Virus record (IMG/VR): IMGVR_UViG_3300024239_000011
Location: 372,001-436,000 of that record
DNA length: 64,000 nucleotides
Direction: 5' to 3' (one strand)
Below, in pieces: positions 41,946-51,802 of this stretch. Position 1 is the first letter of the stretch; every line of letters begins with the position of its first letter. Below the pieces are notes generated by a model, which was not told where the DNA came from, did no database searches, and saw nothing but the letters and a program-made list of their open reading frames with translations. The translations under genes were made by a program, and so were the position numbers.

Positions 41946-44657
41946 TTACTCCCAAGTAATGACCACACGACCATCACCACCGCTAGTGCGAATATCAAGA
42001 CCATCACCGCTACCATCTTGCCAGCGATCCCCACCAACCCCAATACCATCACTCCAACCAACCTCAATACTAGGATTGCCCGGCATTACCCCGGTACCGT
42101 CTACAAAAGTCGGATTGATAATAAGTTTGGGATGGGAATAACTTGAACCACCACCAGCGCCGCCACGAGAAGTGCCACCACCACCGTAGTAACCATCGCC
42201 ACCACCAGCACCACGTTGAACTCCTAAACCACCCTCGAAACGCTGCCCATTCTTTGGTGGAGTTGGTGCATTCGTCGGATTAGATGCAAGACCGCCATCG
42301 TACTGCGTTCCGGGTTTACCGCCTATATCGGTTCCGTCCCCATCACGCCCATCCTGACCATCAAAACCACCGGCACCGCCCATACCTTGCGAACCACCAC
42401 CACCGGCACCGGCAACAAGAACAGGGCTGTCAAAAACATCAACAGTATAACTTTCGAGTATATCAGCAAGATTAGGATCATTTGCAATTACAGACTGGAT
42501 AGAAATCTCAGTACGACCACCGCCACCACCGCCATATTCCAACCCATTACGCGAACCACTGCCTCCGTTTGGCCAACCGCCAAATTTTGTTTGACCGCCA
42601 ACACCAACTTTAACAGTAACCTGCCGTCCCGGTGGGACATACATCTGACCGGATGCATACGCACCAGCACCGCCCATAGACGGTCCATGCTCGTATTTTA
42701 TAACATCCCACACAGACCATGTATGTGTAATCCAACGCCCGCCCGCACCACCCGCACCCCATAGGTGAAGTGTAAGGGTCGCGGGCATGCGTGACACAGT
42801 AAGTATTTGGTCGGCACCGCTTGCATCAAATATTGCGTATTGTTCGTCGTTGTTGACGTATACATTATCCCCAGTCACTTCAATCAATGGACCCGGAGCG
42901 AATTCGCAATAGAAAGTACGATAGCTTCGGCTGCCATTTTCATCTACTGCTGATACGGTAAATTCGGCATGTCCTTCAACTAACGTAGTCCCGGACAGAA
43001 CCCCGTCCTCCGACAAAAGAATACCTTGGGGTAGTGCGCCATTATCAATAAAGTATTTGATTGGTTTGTCATCATGACCATGACGCGGGTTGACCGCAGT
43101 AAGCTTGAAATTGATTGGTTTACTGGTACGGAGCCATCCAAGATTATTAGGCGTTTCCCAAATTGGGAATGGTTCCGCCCCAGTCCGCCCTTGCGCTTTA
43201 ATTCCAAAGGCAAATGTCACGCCATGCTGGCGCCCATAAGTTGGTGGTTGGTGATCACTCGATACCAACCGCACTTGACGGCACCAATCTGGCACAAACG
43301 ACAGCGGAACAGTCAATTGCTTGCAATTATTTGAAACCCCTGCATAGTATTTGAGTGTTTCAAATACCAGCTTACTATTACAGAATTTCTCAACCGGAAC
43401 AGCAGACAAACTCAAAATCATTGGGGTTAATGCCGTTACCGTATCTACACGCAGATCAGTGATGTTGATTGTATTAACTGTCCGCTCAAAAACAGAATAC
43501 TCAGGCATGTCAAAATCATACTGCGACAACCATTTACCAGTATAAAACACCGTGGTAAACAACAATGACACTACATCATGTGTAAACTTATACTCATGCC
43601 ATATTGAACTCATATATACATACGAACGATTGTCAAATGTATAGGTATGCAATGTAAGATCACTCTTGATATCATTGCAATATTTCATAGAATACAAGGT
43701 TGATAATGTATTAAATTTAGAACAGTAATTTTTTGGCGAGTAACCATACACGAATGCACCAGTTCTGGTAAAATCATCCCGAAGTTTCACAAATGTATCG
43801 GCGTGATAACCAGTTGTTCTGGCACAAAAAATATCCAGAATTTTTAAAAACCAATCCATGTTGGTAAGTTGGCAACGATAGCCTTTGGTAAAACCAGTAG
43901 GCTCCCACCCATTATAATGACAAACTGGCTTCAGATGCTCAGTTCCAACATCAGATACTTCATATTGCTGTACAACTTTTTCCACATCTAAACTAGTGGT
44001 CGCGCCCAGAAAACAAACCCCTTGTGGACGGTAGGTTGCGCTATGCACCCACGTCATTGTCAATGGAGTATAACGATTGGCAATATTAGCAGTGAAATCC
44101 ACTTCCCGCGAATACCCCACGTTCTCGGCAAGAGTGGGGGCTGGCATCACAACGGGTGTATTTCGCAAAGACGCAACCGAACGCACGGTCGAACCCGGAT
44201 ATCCAGGGCATTTACGTGTCGCTTCATCAAGAAACCGGTCAAATATCGCGCCAGCATACGGATATGTACGAATAAATTTACTGGTGTTAGAAAGATCAGT
44301 TTCCGTCACAATCTTGGTGGTCGGCGGTACATATGCCGATTTATCCAATATGAAATTAGTTTCTTGTATTGTTAAAGGTTCGGCAATCCACACCGCATTA
44401 TTCACATCCACCAAGTAAGCACGATATGAAGTTAACCCATGTGTCCAAAATGATCCAATCGAATACCCAAGTGTCTGATCATCACCACTTGTTGGCGCTC
44501 GATCCGCATTAAGTTTATATTTGACTAACCATGTTGGTGATGCGGGCGCATCTGCACGTTCAATATAAATTGATGTGCCAGAAACCATAACGACTTTCCA
44601 CGGTTCGGGCGTACCGGTATTCGTCGTCAAATACCGGTAGCCCACAAATACCGCCAT
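41946..44657 (-). CDS. Large virion protein with putative Ig domain and C-terminal glycine-rich domain (adhesin / receptor-binding candidate)
   Basis: GALPQGILLSEDGVLSGT Ig motif; LWGAGGAGG...GGGGGG...VAGAGGGG...GYYGGG. Confidence 0.75.
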   Translation of the reverse strand: MAVFVGYRYLTTNTGTPEPWKVVMVSGTSIYIERADAPASPTWLVKYKLNADRAPTSGDDQTLGYSIGSFWTHGLTSYRAYLVDVNNAVWIAEPLTIQETNFILDKSAYVPPTTKIVTETDLSNTSKFIRTYPYAGAIFDRFLDEATRKCPGYPGSTVRSVASLRNTPVVMPAPTLAENVGYSREVDFTANIANRYTPLTMTWVHSATYRPQGVCFLGATTSLDVEKVVQQYEVSDVGTEHLKPVCHYNGWEPTGFTKGYRCQLTNMDWFLKILDIFCARTTGYHADTFVKLRDDFTRTGAFVYGYSPKNYCSKFNTLSTLYSMKYCNDIKSDLTLHTYTFDNRSYVYMSSIWHEYKFTHDVVSLLFTTVFYTGKWLSQYDFDMPEYSVFERTVNTINITDLRVDTVTALTPMILSLSAVPVEKFCNSKLVFETLKYYAGVSNNCKQLTVPLSFVPDWCRQVRLVSSDHQPPTYGRQHGVTFAFGIKAQGRTGAEPFPIWETPNNLGWLRTSKPINFKLTAVNPRHGHDDKPIKYFIDNGALPQGILLSEDGVLSGTTLVEGHAEFTVSAVDENGSRSYRTFYCEFAPGPLIEVTGDNVYVNNDEQYAIFDASGADQILTVSRMPATLTLHLWGAGGAGGRWITHTWSVWDVIKYEHGPSMGGAGAYASGQMYVPPGRQVTVKVGVGGQTKFGGWPNGGSGSRNGLEYGGGGGGRTEISIQSVIANDPNLADILESYTVDVFDSPVLVAGAGGGGSQGMGGAGGFDGQDGRDGDGTDIGGKPGTQYDGGLASNPTNAPTPPKNGQRFEGGLGVQRGAGGGDGYYGGGGTSRGGAGGGSSYSHPKLIINPTFVDGTGVMPGNPSIEVGWSDGIGVGGDRWQDGSGDGLDIRTSGGDGRVVITWE

Positions 44658-44669
44658 TACAAAAGCCTC

Positions 44670-46496
44670 TTAATTAGAACCACCACCACTCGTCAATACA
44701 AACACACGAATAAATTCATCCGGTCGTGTGCCATAATTAGACGAATACGCAGTGTATTCACGTGCTTCACCATAGACGTTGATATTAACCGCTTGACCGC
44801 CCTGATACGCCGGTCCTTTTGAAATCGCAATCAAATCCATTTCTTCGGTGTAAGCCATGCGGGTGGTCGTCAACCCAAATGGGAATACCAGAACATATTC
44901 ACCATCATCTGTCGTCACAGGGCTACGCCATGCATTCGGGAAATGATGAATGGAATTTCCTAAATTACCCGACTGATTACTGAGTTCATTTGAATAGACA
45001 ACCCCAGTTACATTCGGATCATATCCAGTACCACCAGACAAAGTTGGCGGTGCTGTTATCTTGTCTGTAGGCGAGGTAACACTAATACTGTATCGGTTAC
45101 CATCAACCCCCTTACTATTGTAGGTAATGGTCAAATAACCATTACCAGAAGTCGGGTCATAGTTGCCATTATACGAAGCCACCTTAATCGCACCCAACGA
45201 GGATGCACGAAGTACGTTGACTACATTATTAAGAGTCTGTTCGACATTTCCCGGCACCACTTTGATCTGGCGATCACCGGGATTACCATCGGTAAAGGTA
45301 TAAGTGACGTTGTTGAGAACGATTGAATCACTAAGAGCCGATGGGTCGGAAGTCGTTGAATATGCCGGTACGCCCTTGAAAGTCACCGTCCCCGTGGCAG
45401 CAACCGCCGAATCTACACCTCCCGCCCAGGGAGTAACCATGATAGTAGCTGCATTAGATGAAGACATCGACAATCCCAAATCAGCAACACGCCCAGGCTT
45501 TGCGGAATACATAAACACACGGGACAAGTTATCCGTGGTTACAGACGCAATCACCCGACCATTGATACGATTGTCCCAGGTATCAGCATTAATAGCATCA
45601 ACCAAATTTTTTGCTAAAGCCACTGGCGTCCCAGTGGTCAATTTATGTTCCCCAGCAAGCAAACCACTGGTCGGGTTAATTACAAACTTTGCGCCATTAA
45701 TTGTTAAATTCCCCGCGTCAATCGATGCAACTCCTGCCGGTGCTTTAAATTCAACATATGCGGTAGCACGAGTGCCAGCAGCGGCCATTTCCGAACCGGT
45801 GGTCGGCACATCGGTGTCTTTTTCACGAACAACAGTATAATACCATTTATCAGAAAGTTCACTTGCACCTACGCGAGGAACAGTATTATGAATGGCAAAT
45901 ACCGGTTGTGTACCAGTAATGAAGGTAGTACCATCACACTTAACCGGACGCTGACAGCACACCAGACCCATATAACGCATATCTTCAATACGCAATTGAT
46001 CCCAAACGATGAGAGCAAAACCACGCGAGGTCTGTGTGTAACGATATGAATACTGATACGATTCAGACATACGAGTTGACGTGATGCTTTCACCACCCTG
46101 AATCAAAACACAACGATGTGAATATGTTGTGTTAATTCCTTCAGCTTCGTTCATAGTCTCGACAGTACCGAGATACATAATCAATTGATTGTTCTGATAC
46201 CCATCAACTATAAACCCAACCCGATACTTTTTCTTATCTTCAACCGGATTTGCCGCATGAGTGGTATTAAGAGGTGATAGCGGATCAACAGTATTACTTG
46301 ATTGAAAAATCACGGTAGTCGCTTCATTAAGGCTAACCGCAGTGGGATCGGAACTACCGGGTTTGGCCTTATAGATCAATTCCCATCCATGATCTTGGAA
46401 ATCCTTGAAAATATTGGATGCGATTGCCTTGGGGTCGAGTGTTGCACCCGACGATACCATCTTGGAAAAATTGTTCCGTTCTACTGTGAAACCCAT
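44670..46496 (-). CDS. Virion structural protein with inserted beta-rich domains
   Basis: CCQRPV, VVREKD, FPFGLTTTRMAYTEEMDLI; TATAAATA at 46531-46538. Confidence 0.75.
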   Translation of the reverse strand: MGFTVERNNFSKMVSSGATLDPKAIASNIFKDFQDHGWELIYKAKPGSSDPTAVSLNEATTVIFQSSNTVDPLSPLNTTHAANPVEDKKKYRVGFIVDGYQNNQLIMYLGTVETMNEAEGINTTYSHRCVLIQGGESITSTRMSESYQYSYRYTQTSRGFALIVWDQLRIEDMRYMGLVCCQRPVKCDGTTFITGTQPVFAIHNTVPRVGASELSDKWYYTVVREKDTDVPTTGSEMAAAGTRATAYVEFKAPAGVASIDAGNLTINGAKFVINPTSGLLAGEHKLTTGTPVALAKNLVDAINADTWDNRINGRVIASVTTDNLSRVFMYSAKPGRVADLGLSMSSSNAATIMVTPWAGGVDSAVAATGTVTFKGVPAYSTTSDPSALSDSIVLNNVTYTFTDGNPGDRQIKVVPGNVEQTLNNVVNVLRASSLGAIKVASYNGNYDPTSGNGYLTITYNSKGVDGNRYSISVTSPTDKITAPPTLSGGTGYDPNVTGVVYSNELSNQSGNLGNSIHHFPNAWRSPVTTDDGEYVLVFPFGLTTTRMAYTEEMDLIAISKGPAYQGGQAVNINVYGEAREYTAYSSNYGTRPDEFIRVFVLTSGGGSN

Positions 46497-46533
46497 CGCT
46501 AATCTCTCCTACACTCGCTGGTCAGCCTACTAT

Positions 46534-47445
46534 TTATAAAATCTTGAGGAACGTAGCATCCATCGTTATAGAGCTACTTGATGTCCCTGTATTTCTAATA
46601 CGCCAATAGGTGCGGCGCGACATATTGTCTTCAAGATTATGAATATAGACAAAACGGGGTCCATAAAACCGTCGCGCCTCACTAATATAGCTTCCGTCAT
46701 CCGTCAGAAAACCATTAACCGCAATGAAACGATACGGATTAATGTCTTCGCGCGGTGAATACGAATGACATTCAACTACTGATGGGCGATTTACACTCAG
46801 ATTTAAAATCATTGCCGAGTATCCGGTTTCAAGCTCAAAATCATATTTTTCATCTGGGGCTAAAACCGGCGTTGAATACGTGATTTTTCGTTCTTCAATA
46901 CCCGATATACTTCCCGCCCCATCCGGACCAACATATCGATACCCTTCAACAACAAGCGTATCCGCTACAATAGCCGGAAGCTCATTGGGGAAATGAATTA
47001 CCCCCGCCTTAAAATCGAACACCCATTCTTCATTCTCAGTAAGGGGATTTAGTCGATTATCAGCCGCAATCACATTCGCATATATACGCGGCTGATAAGC
47101 ATTGCCAAACGACGGCGGTATCCAATTTTTTACTCGATTGGATTCTACCATTGGTGATGTTAGACGGTCATAAACCGTGATCCATGTTTTCTTTCCGGGC
47201 ACGGATGGATCAGGGACGCAATACACCGAACGCGAACCAACTCGCACTTGCACATCATCGGTATCCGCTGCGGGTGGGGCTTCTGTAATACCCTTGGATC
47301 GCATCCATACGTTTTCACCGGGAATAATGACGCCAGCACGAATTGCTTCGTTTGGTCCTTCTTTATTGATGGTATCGGTGGTAGCCGCACCATAGATGAT
47401 TTTCTTCCACAAGAAGTCCAGTTTTTTCGAGTCTGAAATCGCCAT
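46534..47445 (-). CDS. Virion structural protein, KK.DFLWK family member 1
   Basis: MAISDSKKLDFLWKKIIYG...WIPPS...EEWVFD..AGV. Confidence 0.75.
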   Translation of the reverse strand: MAISDSKKLDFLWKKIIYGAATTDTINKEGPNEAIRAGVIIPGENVWMRSKGITEAPPAADTDDVQVRVGSRSVYCVPDPSVPGKKTWITVYDRLTSPMVESNRVKNWIPPSFGNAYQPRIYANVIAADNRLNPLTENEEWVFDFKAGVIHFPNELPAIVADTLVVEGYRYVGPDGAGSISGIEERKITYSTPVLAPDEKYDFELETGYSAMILNLSVNRPSVVECHSYSPREDINPYRFIAVNGFLTDDGSYISEARRFYGPRFVYIHNLEDNMSRRTYWRIRNTGTSSSSITMDATFLKIL

Positions 47446-47446
47446 T

Positions 47447-49645
47447 TTAATTGATCTCCAAACCAGTAATTGCTTGGTTTTTTGCAAGACGGAAACGAAC
47501 CAATATTGCGCTATTGACTGAATTTGACGAGGTTTCCTCACCAAAGAAAGCAATAAAACGTCCAGAAGTTCCGTTAGCTGGGGTACCGAATGCACAACCC
47601 GGAGAATTAACCCCTCGATCAGGAACACCAATACCGTCATAACGCCGATACAAGTCCCACCATCCATTGAGGGTATTATTTAACCCCTGAATACCCGGCA
47701 ACATGACCCACATTCCTGCATAAGTTCCCTCAACATGTATCTTGATGGATGAACATGCACGACGCCGCAACATAAAGGTGGCATATTGAGGTGCATGTGG
47801 TGGGCGCGTAGAAAAATCTGGACCTTCTGGGAGATACTGGGTGTAGTCAGTAAGGTCGTGCTTCAATACACCACCAACAACCGATGCGGCGGCAGAAGAG
47901 ATTTCCCGAGCCGGTTCCCATGGTGCCGACAGTAGCAACCCGATTTCACCGGTACTAACCACTGGTGTGTCTTCATCATGACTTATATTAACACGCATTG
48001 CATGAGCAACGGCATCTGCGGGGATTTCGCCTAATGCTGGGTCAACCTTAACATTCGTTTCTGTAATCACACCACCAAGCCCAACGGCGGGTTCACCCGA
48101 CATAATCAGAAGTTTCTTTGGTGCCACTGCCCATGGACTATTACCAAGCGGCAGCCGAACTCTGGTACGAATTTCCGCCTCCGTATGCACATCACCAGAA
48201 ACCACAAACTCAAGCCCACTTTGGCTGTAAGTAGGCATATGGCTCGGTAGCACAGCGGGGAGATTGTATTGTCCAGGGTCAATAAATACCGGATCACCAA
48301 CTACCGGCTCCGTGCTAATTTCCATAACACCCTTGTCGTAAAACACATTTGTCGAAAGATTGAAACCAGTGACACTTGCCGTTAGCGTTGAATTCTCGGT
48401 GTAATGCGGAATACCACTTGAATGAACAATGTTCGGTAATGAGGGGGCGATGGTATTAAAAGTCGCGGATGGAACCTCGATGACTTCATCCACAACGAAC
48501 AGTACCTCGTTCGTCTCACCCGAGGCAGTATGAAGCATTTTCATGGAGTTCAATCCAGCTTGAACCGTGGTCGCGATTCCCGCAGTCAGCGACTTATGGA
48601 AACCGGGTTTGTCAGCGGGGAAGTCAGGATTATCAATGATAGTAAGTGCGCCATCGGTCGTTACATTATCACCAGACCCAAGTGTAACAACACCCGCAAT
48701 ATTACCATTGATAATTGCTTGAACATCACCTGAATTACCCGGTCCAAAATTAGTAACTGGAAGCGAAGTAACCTCGCCGGATGCAACGGCGGTAACAGGG
48801 GTACCACCAGCAAGTGGGACACTACCAGAATTATTGATAACACCATCACAAATTACAACATTCGCACCATCCAACCCACTGATACTATCCTCAATTACTA
48901 AGGTTTTGGATGATAACGGTGCTGGCGGCGCGGGCACAAGCAGCCCCAGGATTTCGTTTAAGTCATCAAGTGCATCTACAATACGAGTTGCAGCAGTCCA
49001 TGATTGTATAGCCGGTTGACTTCCTTCTACACGACCATTACTCCAAAGCCCATCGGTAGGAATACCAATCATGTCACCGACGCTTGATGGATCACCACTA
49101 TTAGTGCCACCAGAGCCAACTCCCTTGGTGCCAATGTAACGGCACCCCTCAATGTAGATATCCACCACCCCATTTGGTAAATTGTTCGGGAAGTGTAGGA
49201 CACCAGCTTGGTAGTCAAATACCCACTCTTCATTATTAGTCAATGCGTTTAAGACAACCCCGCCAGCAGAAGGAATGCCCTTATAAACCTTTAGCATATA
49301 ACTAGGGTCTACCGATGGCGGAATCCAGTCAGTGATACGGTTGGCCTTTTCCATTGGGTTGCCAGTTGAACTGACCACGGCAATCCATGTCTTATTCCCA
49401 CTGACAGTTGGATCGGCAACACATTTAATCGCCTTCGCCCCTTTCTGAACGACAACAACTGTGGTATCAGTAGCAGGGGCAGCGGTTGGAATTTGATCCG
49501 CTTGTGCCCATACCTGATTACCGAAAACCGGTAACGGCGACCCAATAGATTCGTTAGAACCATCCTTACTCGCGGTCGTCTCGGTGACGCCGTACATGAT
49601 CTTCTTCCAGAGGAAGTCCAGTTTCTTTTGATCAGCAATGGACAT
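47447..49645 (-). CDS. Virion structural protein, KK.DFLWK family member 2
   Basis: MSIADQKKLDFLWKKIMYG; shares C-terminal modules with the next two genes. Confidence 0.8.
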   Translation of the reverse strand: MSIADQKKLDFLWKKIMYGVTETTASKDGSNESIGSPLPVFGNQVWAQADQIPTAAPATDTTVVVVQKGAKAIKCVADPTVSGNKTWIAVVSSTGNPMEKANRITDWIPPSVDPSYMLKVYKGIPSAGGVVLNALTNNEEWVFDYQAGVLHFPNNLPNGVVDIYIEGCRYIGTKGVGSGGTNSGDPSSVGDMIGIPTDGLWSNGRVEGSQPAIQSWTAATRIVDALDDLNEILGLLVPAPPAPLSSKTLVIEDSISGLDGANVVICDGVINNSGSVPLAGGTPVTAVASGEVTSLPVTNFGPGNSGDVQAIINGNIAGVVTLGSGDNVTTDGALTIIDNPDFPADKPGFHKSLTAGIATTVQAGLNSMKMLHTASGETNEVLFVVDEVIEVPSATFNTIAPSLPNIVHSSGIPHYTENSTLTASVTGFNLSTNVFYDKGVMEISTEPVVGDPVFIDPGQYNLPAVLPSHMPTYSQSGLEFVVSGDVHTEAEIRTRVRLPLGNSPWAVAPKKLLIMSGEPAVGLGGVITETNVKVDPALGEIPADAVAHAMRVNISHDEDTPVVSTGEIGLLLSAPWEPAREISSAAASVVGGVLKHDLTDYTQYLPEGPDFSTRPPHAPQYATFMLRRRACSSIKIHVEGTYAGMWVMLPGIQGLNNTLNGWWDLYRRYDGIGVPDRGVNSPGCAFGTPANGTSGRFIAFFGEETSSNSVNSAILVRFRLAKNQAITGLEIN

Positions 49646-49649
49646 TTAC

Positions 49650-51800
49650 TTACACCCCAATGAAGCTCAAACCAGTAATCGCCTTGCCCGCAGTGAGCGA
49701 AAAACGAACCAGAATAATGTTGTTTGTTGAATTTGTACTGGATTGGGTACCGAACGTCACCCGCACCTGTCCGGTGGACCCGGTGGCAACTGCCCCCATG
49801 GCACACCCAGCACCATTAGACCCAACGTCAGGCACGCCAGCACCATCATAAAGCTGTTTAGCTGACCACCAGCCATTCAGCGTATTCTTGGTCGTTATGC
49901 CAGGAAGTTTCACCCATAGCCCATCATAAGTACCAGTTACGTCAATGACAAAACCTGATTGGGCACGACGGCGGAACATGAAAGTTATGTATTGGGTCGC
50001 TGCTCGTCCACTCAGATTCGGTCCAGGGGGCAAATACCCAGTGCTATAATCGGTCGCATCATGTTTTAATATCCCGCCGACAACAACCGCATCCCATGCC
50101 TGTAATGCCGCTGATGAAACCCAATCAGGTGTTATCAAATTAACATCACCAGCCGGGGTATCCGTATTGCCTAAAATAATACGACCCGCATTACCACCAG
50201 TTGGGTTCGTACCCATATTCGTCACCGCAATCGATGTTTCACGGATGCCTGTAGTTGGAGTACCGGTCATTACGTTAACCTTGAGCGACGATGTATTCCA
50301 TTGCCCATCGCCCGCCGGATTACGCCCACGAACGCGCACATTAGCGGTAGTATGTACCGATCCCCCGATAGTGAATACTTGATCGAAGATGTTTTGATTG
50401 GGCAAATCCTTAGTGAATACCGCAGGCATTCCCGCATTACCCGGTCCAATATCCACCTGGGTACCAATGGTCGGGACACTTCCAATTTGGATGTTGCTTT
50501 TTGAAAGATACGTTAACCCAGCCAATTTCGATACAGTAGCTCCAACCTTCAGTGTTGCCCCCGCACCGTAATGCGGAATACTGCTGCTGTATGACAAAGT
50601 ACCAGCGGTTCCCTCTGCCACGGTTAACGCTGTAGTGGACGGAATATCAATACGATCATCATACACAAAGAATACTTCATTCGTGGCGCCACCATCGGTA
50701 TGACTCATGCGGAACTTGTTTAGCCCCGCCGGTATAGATGATGTTATTTTAGCACTCAACGCACGCCAGAACCCAGGTTTATCGGTCGGGTAGTCTATAT
50801 CCGCAGTGACAATAAGGGAGCCATAGGTACCACTTTTGTCCGTATTATCTATAACGACCTTACCACTCTCCGTGCCATTCACCAGGGCAGCTAATGTTCC
50901 GCTAATCCCACTACCAAAACCGGTTAGCGCAGTTGTACTCGCAGTTGCCGCCGCAATACGGTAAATCTTGGTTCCACTTGCAGGACTTCCACCACCAGTA
51001 TTGTCCACCGTGCCTTCTGCAAGCAGGATATTTTCCGAGCCAACTGCATCGGCACCCCCGGTCATCACCAAGGTCAATGTGCTGAGATTTGGTGGTGGGG
51101 AAGGAAGCAACTTTCCAAGTAATTCATTAAGATCATCAAGTGCATCAACAACTTTTGTAGATGAATTCCAGTTTTTAATTGCAGCATTTTGATCCAACGA
51201 CCCATCAGTAGGTGTACCTAGGGTAATACCATCAGCCGTACCAGACCCCCCAGTACCTCCCGCTGAAATACCACGTCGTCCAACGTACTTATAACCAATG
51301 ACATATACATCAGATGTTGCCAATGCTGATGGGATATTGTTTGGAAAATGCAAAACGCCTGCTGCATAGTCAAACACCCACTCTTCGTTATTAGTCAATT
51401 GATTTAGCTGTTTTCCACCGGCATTTGGATCACCCGCATACACCTTGATCTGGTAGCTGGGATGAATAATAGGGGGAACCCAATCCATATGACGATTGGT
51501 TGCAAGAAAAGGACTTGTTGTGGCATCAATAACGGTAATCCATGTTCGGCGCTCGGTTACGGTGGAATCGACTGCACACTTAACTGCCACCGACTGCCCG
51601 AAGAATTGCACTACCCCCTGGGTAGCACCGGGCGCGGGTGATGGAATTTGATCACTTTCAGACCATAACTGACTTTGCAAGACGACCGGTGCCGATGATA
51701 TGAACTCGTTCGGCGCCGCTTTATTCACGTCCGTCTCAGTACGGGAGAAAATAGTTCGCTTCCAAAGGAAATCTACTTTCTTATCGGTATTGATTGCCAT
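49650..51800 (-). CDS. Virion structural protein, KK.DFLWK family member 3
   Basis: MAINTDKKVDFLWKRTIFS; DALDDLNE, SSIPHY, NGWW, ILVRF. Confidence 0.8.
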   Translation of the reverse strand: MAINTDKKVDFLWKRTIFSRTETDVNKAAPNEFISSAPVVLQSQLWSESDQIPSPAPGATQGVVQFFGQSVAVKCAVDSTVTERRTWITVIDATTSPFLATNRHMDWVPPIIHPSYQIKVYAGDPNAGGKQLNQLTNNEEWVFDYAAGVLHFPNNIPSALATSDVYVIGYKYVGRRGISAGGTGGSGTADGITLGTPTDGSLDQNAAIKNWNSSTKVVDALDDLNELLGKLLPSPPPNLSTLTLVMTGGADAVGSENILLAEGTVDNTGGGSPASGTKIYRIAAATASTTALTGFGSGISGTLAALVNGTESGKVVIDNTDKSGTYGSLIVTADIDYPTDKPGFWRALSAKITSSIPAGLNKFRMSHTDGGATNEVFFVYDDRIDIPSTTALTVAEGTAGTLSYSSSIPHYGAGATLKVGATVSKLAGLTYLSKSNIQIGSVPTIGTQVDIGPGNAGMPAVFTKDLPNQNIFDQVFTIGGSVHTTANVRVRGRNPAGDGQWNTSSLKVNVMTGTPTTGIRETSIAVTNMGTNPTGGNAGRIILGNTDTPAGDVNLITPDWVSSAALQAWDAVVVGGILKHDATDYSTGYLPPGPNLSGRAATQYITFMFRRRAQSGFVIDVTGTYDGLWVKLPGITTKNTLNGWWSAKQLYDGAGVPDVGSNGAGCAMGAVATGSTGQVRVTFGTQSSTNSTNNIILVRFSLTAGKAITGLSFIGV

Positions 51801-51802
51801 CC

